Source: an uncultured virus (IMG/VR IMGVR_UViG_3300001528_000358)
Lineage: Duplodnaviria; Heunggongvirae; Uroviricota; Caudoviricetes
Virus record (IMG/VR): IMGVR_UViG_3300001528_000358
Reading direction: 5' to 3' (one strand)
Length of the DNA: 20,000 nucleotides
Shown: positions 15,789-20,000 of the stretch, in pieces
Layout: each line of letters begins with the position of its first letter
How positions within the stretch are numbered: position 1 is the first letter of the stretch
Notes under the pieces: model-generated
The model's input: only the letters and a program-made list of their open reading frames with translations
Told to the model about the DNA's origin: nothing
Database searches by the model: none
Program-made: the position numbers and the translations under genes

Positions 15789-15798
15789 CATCTTATTA
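15787..15798 (+). promoter_or_regulatory. putative late promoter AACA-N6-TA
   Basis: AACA-tcttat-TA upstream of the metalloprotease gene, overlapping the hairpin base. Confidence 0.6.
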
Positions 15799-15831
15799 AT
15801 ATATTAGAATATGAAAGGAGGATGTAAACTC

Positions 15832-17133
15832 ATGTATTACTTAGATGAGTTATTCACCGAATCGTATTTCGGTAAGACCAAAAATCTTCAAATGGCTGAG
15901 CGTATTCTCGGACAAATGTTAGAGGTTATGCGGGAAAAGCCACATGGAGATTTTTCAAATCATCCATTGAATAAAGAATTAGAAAAAACTTTTCAAAGAC
16001 AGTTTGGGTTTAAACGCATTTACATTATTTGGGACAGAGCACCCCTCACATCTTTTAGAGCATTTACATTAAGCTCTTCGGATGTTTTATTTGACCCAAA
16101 ATATTATGCAGTAAAAAATAAAGAAAAAGGTTTCTATGATGAAAGTCATAGCCACATTGCATATATTCGTATTTCTGTAGAAATACCTCTGCAGTTAAAT
16201 TTTACACCAGAAGAATTACTCGGTACCATCTTGCACGAGCTTGGTCATAATTTTGATGATAGTTTGTATACAAGATTATCTGTTGGTGCTACCTATTTGT
16301 ACAATGTTGTGGGTATCATAAATGGACTATTCTTAGAAAATCCGGAATTAATTGGACAATATGCTGGTCAATTTGCAGGTTTATTGATATCGACTACAAA
16401 CACAGGTCATTTGGTTAATGCAAAATTAAATCATCTGTGTAATAAATTTTTAAACCATGTTCCAGCATTGAAAAAAATGAAGCTGGTTCTCAATAAAGTT
16501 TGTGATGTTATTTTTGCGGGATTGGATGTACTTAATAGTGCTGCCGGTTTGGTTATGTTGCCGTTAAATTTGTTATTATCCCCAGTTACACAAATGATGA
16601 CATTACTAACACGTAAAGGAGAAGAATTTGCGGATTCTTTCGCAGCTTCTTATGGATATGGTGCAGGTGTTATTTCTGGTCTTTCTAAAATGAGTGCAGC
16701 ACCATGGATGAAAGATAATAAAAAAAATATGGATTACGCGAATCCAGTATATAAAATTGCTACAGATATCTCTATGTTTCAACATGAAATCATGGCATTT
16801 GCAAATGGTGACCATGGAACAGAACTTACAAGAGCCGTTAGTATTAAACAGGAATTAATTCGTGATTTAAAGAATGCCGATTATCCACCAGCATTAAAAA
16901 GAGATATTCTTAATTCCATTAAGGAGTTAGATAATCTTCATAAAGAAATTATTGAATGTCAGGGAAATGATACAAACTTTGTTCTTACAGCATTTGCACG
17001 TCAATCACTGGATACGATTTTTAATGGACGTTCCGACTTTATTGCGAAACTCTTCCCTGCTAATACAGTAAGAACTGTTATGGGTGAAAGTACTGATGAT
17101 ATCGAATTGGATTTCGAAGGTATTTTATATTAG
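15832..17133 (+). CDS. zincin metalloprotease (M48/M56-like, HExxH), probably virion-associated (433 aa)
   Basis: ILHELGH (16234-16248), third-ligand region EEFADSFAASYGYG...LSKM and DHGTELTR (THP..R-like). Start ATG 15832 behind AAAGGAGG. Confidence 0.8.
   Translation: MYYLDELFTESYFGKTKNLQMAERILGQMLEVMREKPHGDFSNHPLNKELEKTFQRQFGFKRIYIIWDRAPLTSFRAFTLSSSDVLFDPKYYAVKNKEKGFYDESHSHIAYIRISVEIPLQLNFTPEELLGTILHELGHNFDDSLYTRLSVGATYLYNVVGIINGLFLENPELIGQYAGQFAGLLISTTNTGHLVNAKLNHLCNKFLNHVPALKKMKLVLNKVCDVIFAGLDVLNSAAGLVMLPLNLLLSPVTQMMTLLTRKGEEFADSFAASYGYGAGVISGLSKMSAAPWMKDNKKNMDYANPVYKIATDISMFQHEIMAFANGDHGTELTRAVSIKQELIRDLKNADYPPALKRDILNSIKELDNLHKEIIECQGNDTNFVLTAFARQSLDTIFNGRSDFIAKLFPANTVRTVMGESTDDIELDFEGILY
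16623..16660 (+). repeat. 38-nt exact repeat, copy 1 (copy 2 at 18807-18844)
   Basis: AGAATTTGCGGATTCTTTCGCAGCTTCTTATGGATATG is identical in both protease paralogues. Confidence 0.9.
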
Positions 17134-17151
17134 TAAAGGGGTGAAAAGAAA

Positions 17152-19959
17152 ATGATTATTTTTCCAGAAGATTTCAGTAAGATTACTGATCTTGAAGATG
17201 TTTTAACAACAATGATCGAATCTTCTAAAGAAGAATATATCAAACCTCGTGAAGTTCCTTCAGAATATGTAGAAAAATTTATGCATACAAAAGTAGATGA
17301 TATTTTTGAAAATGTGGAATATAGTTCTGCTATCCGACCATATGTTATGGAATCGGAATATTGTGAAGATATTAAAACACATATCGAAACAGATTATCTG
17401 ATGGAAGCAATTAGTGAGGATAGATATAAACGATTATTAAGAGATTTTAATTCTCTTATGATGGAAGCAATGAGTGAAGAAAACGTATCACTTGGTGCAA
17501 TGCTTCCACAACCAGGACAAGGAAAAAATCCTTATACAGAAGAAGAGGATGATGACGACGAATTAGAAATTGAAGAAGCTGTTATTGATTATATCAATAA
17601 CCCTACATATGAGTATACTGTTTATGTAGAGGGAGCCATTAAAAATATGGTAACAAAAGTAAAAGATACTGTAGGATCTAAGATTTCTATCAATAGTCAG
17701 TTATTAAAAGAAGTTGGTAAAAAGGTTGCTTTAAAGGCAAAGATTCGTATTGCGAAAATTAAAAAAGCCGACCCAAATAAATTAAATGACTTAAAGAACG
17801 AGTTAGTACAGGTGGAAGAAAATATCCGTAATTTAAAAAAGGGATTAACACCAGAAACTTTACAAGAGCTCGAAGAAGCAACCGCAAAAATGGAGCAAGC
17901 AATTAAAAAGAAAGAAGACGCTTCTGACGATAATATCAGTGCGGATGAATTGGTAAAAGGTGTTCTTGATATGGAAAACGAAACCAAAGACCAGCAAAAT
18001 ACCAACGAATCTGTTATGGTAGTAAAAGAGGCATACTTTGGCAAATCTTCTACTTTAGAACAAGCCGAAAGTATTATCGGAGAAATTATGAGAGTGATTC
18101 GGTTAAATCCATCTGGGGATTATACCAATCATCCATTAAATAAAAAATTAGAGATGTTGTTTGAAAAACAGTTTGGACTGAAGAATATGTATATTATTTG
18201 GGATAGAACCCCAATTAGTAAACCATCTGAGTTTTCTTTATGTTCCTCTGATATCTTATTTAATTCTCATTACATTATCCAGAAAGATAAGAGAAATGGT
18301 TTTTATGATAAAAACCATGTACATGTTGCATATATTCGTTTGTCTGTAAATTTAATTACATCAATTAATTTCACACCAGAAGAAATTATGGCATTGATGC
18401 TGCATAACCTTGGAACAAACTTTGATGGTTCAGTTTATAGTAGATTTAAAATTCTCTTAGGATATGTGAATGCTATTTTCGGTGCATTATATAGTTTGAT
18501 GGTTGGTACCATGCTTGGTGATGCGATGTTGGCGGTAAAACCAATTATTGCAGAAATTATTTCTATTATGATGATTTCTACAAATCCAGGTCATAAACTT
18601 CTTGCGAAGTTAAATCAGCTTTTAGAGAAGCTGATTGATAAAGTGCCAGTTTTAAAGAAGATTAGTTTAGTTTTTGGAAAGGTTGAGAATGTATTATATA
18701 AAATTGGTGAAATCGGCTTAGATGTATATAAGCTTTTCCGCATTCCATTCTATCTTATCTCTGCACCAATTAGTCAGTTATTCTCTTTATTTGGAAGAAA
18801 AGAATTAGAATTTGCGGATTCTTTCGCAGCTTCTTATGGATATGCTGCCGCAATGGCATCTGTAATTAATAAAGCAGAAGCATCTAATTGGATCAAAGAT
18901 ATGGAAGCTTTCCCTACGGAAACGAACGGCTTCTATCAACTGACCACAGATATTGCTCTCTTTATGAGAGAAGTAATAAATATCACATTAAAAGGTGGTT
19001 CCTCAGGTTCTCGTATCGTAAAGATTAAGGAAGACCTTGTATACAATATCAAAGGTGGAGACTATCCAAAAGAGTTAAAGAAAGACCTGTTGAAATCTAT
19101 TGATGATGTTGAAAGTGTGTACAGAAACTATACCAACTGTGATAGAAATGATAGTGGCTTAGTTGCAACTGCATTTGTCCGTAATGGTGTTGATGAATTA
19201 TTTGACGGTAGGACTGATTTAATTAATCAATTATTCCCAGACAATACAGTACGAAGTGCATTTGGTGAATCTGTCGATTGCGAGTATTTAGATCGTTTAT
19301 ATGATGATTATCAGGAAGCGAAATTCTTATTAGAAAAAGCAGAAAATGATAATAAACAGTCATTGATTCGTAGATATGAAAACCAAATTAAGTATTACGA
19401 AAAAACGATTGCTACGGAAGAAGCAATTTTAACAGAGAAAGCAAATATCGACAAAGATATGAAACCAATCATTGAAACATTAAACCGTAAAGGATATAAA
19501 ACTAAATATTCTTCTGCAGGACATACGCAGCTTAGAAAAAAAGAAGATAAATATCGTGATGGTATTTATGAAGGTAAATTATATTCCGATGCTCGTATTA
19601 TGTTTGATGGAGATTATAACTTCCCGAAAGCTCCTAAATATTGGATTTGGAGAACCGTTGATGAGAAAGATTATCTTGACGTAGATCCAAAAGCATATAG
19701 TATTGATAAAGGAGATAGTCCAGAAGATGCATTCAGAAAATGGAAAGCGGCTTATATGGGTACATTAAAAACATGGGTAGAAAATCTCCCAGAACGTGAA
19801 GAAACTTCTGGTAAAGCAGAAGCAAAAGATACAAAGGGAAGAAAAGTTGCATTAGAAAATACAGAAGAAGAAATGAACTTTGAAGATTTCTTCACTGAGA
19901 TGATGCATGATATTGATAATGAACTTATAGAAGAAGGATATGATTCATTATTGGTATAA
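17152..19959 (+). CDS. 935-aa multidomain probable virion protein: acidic leader, coiled-coil region, inactive zincin paralogue, C-terminal TYW3-like motif domain
   Basis: AAAGGGGTGA RBS. About 18028-19272 aligns end to end with the upstream protease but has HNLGT in place of HELGH. The C-terminal region contains IDKDMKPIIETLNRKGYKTKYSSAGH. Confidence 0.75.
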   Translation: MIIFPEDFSKITDLEDVLTTMIESSKEEYIKPREVPSEYVEKFMHTKVDDIFENVEYSSAIRPYVMESEYCEDIKTHIETDYLMEAISEDRYKRLLRDFNSLMMEAMSEENVSLGAMLPQPGQGKNPYTEEEDDDDELEIEEAVIDYINNPTYEYTVYVEGAIKNMVTKVKDTVGSKISINSQLLKEVGKKVALKAKIRIAKIKKADPNKLNDLKNELVQVEENIRNLKKGLTPETLQELEEATAKMEQAIKKKEDASDDNISADELVKGVLDMENETKDQQNTNESVMVVKEAYFGKSSTLEQAESIIGEIMRVIRLNPSGDYTNHPLNKKLEMLFEKQFGLKNMYIIWDRTPISKPSEFSLCSSDILFNSHYIIQKDKRNGFYDKNHVHVAYIRLSVNLITSINFTPEEIMALMLHNLGTNFDGSVYSRFKILLGYVNAIFGALYSLMVGTMLGDAMLAVKPIIAEIISIMMISTNPGHKLLAKLNQLLEKLIDKVPVLKKISLVFGKVENVLYKIGEIGLDVYKLFRIPFYLISAPISQLFSLFGRKELEFADSFAASYGYAAAMASVINKAEASNWIKDMEAFPTETNGFYQLTTDIALFMREVINITLKGGSSGSRIVKIKEDLVYNIKGGDYPKELKKDLLKSIDDVESVYRNYTNCDRNDSGLVATAFVRNGVDELFDGRTDLINQLFPDNTVRSAFGESVDCEYLDRLYDDYQEAKFLLEKAENDNKQSLIRRYENQIKYYEKTIATEEAILTEKANIDKDMKPIIETLNRKGYKTKYSSAGHTQLRKKEDKYRDGIYEGKLYSDARIMFDGDYNFPKAPKYWIWRTVDEKDYLDVDPKAYSIDKGDSPEDAFRKWKAAYMGTLKTWVENLPEREETSGKAEAKDTKGRKVALENTEEEMNFEDFFTEMMHDIDNELIEEGYDSLLV

Positions 19960-19972
19960 AAAAACATAAAAC

Positions 19973-20000
19973 CATACAGAGTTAATATTAACTCTGTATG
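19973..20000. terminator. terminator-like perfect palindrome after the 935-aa gene (may extend beyond the window)
   Basis: CATACAGAGTTAATATTAACTCTGTATG, 28-bp self-complementary, 13 nt after the stop. Confidence 0.7.

Noticed and set aside
16623..18844. Diversity-generating retroelement TR/VR pair
   Set aside because: The repeat is short and exact with no adenine-specific mismatches, both copies are in-frame coding, and no reverse transcriptase is present in the window.
13209..19967. Minus-strand ORFs 13209-13433, 13994-14176, 14479-14895, 15293-15475, 15475-15675, 15554-15784, 16606-16815, 17697-18044, 19752-19967
   Set aside because: Shadow ORFs antisense to well-supported plus-strand genes.
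1..20000. Stop-codon reassignment (alternative genetic code)
   Set aside because: Code 11 gives dense, unfragmented genes; TAA, TAG and TGA all end genes directly before the next RBS or hairpin.

Overview
AT-rich, densely coding DNA with strong Firmicute-type Shine-Dalgarno sites, best read as part of a jumbo phage genome of the phiKZ-related AR9/PBS1 type (inference from promoter motifs and gene types; no capsid, terminase or RNAP gene lies in the window). An identical 14-mer TTATATATTATTTT (early/virion-RNAP-like promoter) heads three operons, and AACA-N6-TA motifs (AR9 late-promoter consensus) precede the probable virion genes. The minus-strand half (1-9834) encodes a DEDD 3'-5' exonuclease (truncated by the window edge), a small stand-alone PolB-palm-like protein, a DUF488-like protein, a protein kinase with a Cys4 zinc ribbon, an HNH-like nuclease whose RBS sits in a hairpin, and four tandem paralogues of unknown function. 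The plus-strand half encodes a small Cys-rich protein coupled to a degenerate tandem ThyX-fold protein, several hypothetical proteins, an HExxH zinc metalloprotease and a 935-aa multidomain protein carrying an inactivated copy of that protease. A ~700-bp ORF-free island (11309-12003) holds three terminator-bounded minus-strand units (candidate small RNAs) and an origin-like arrangement: a C7 tract, 10-bp-phased ATTGTT repeats and a 46-bp pure A/T stretch. All family assignments are by-eye motif recognition, not database results.
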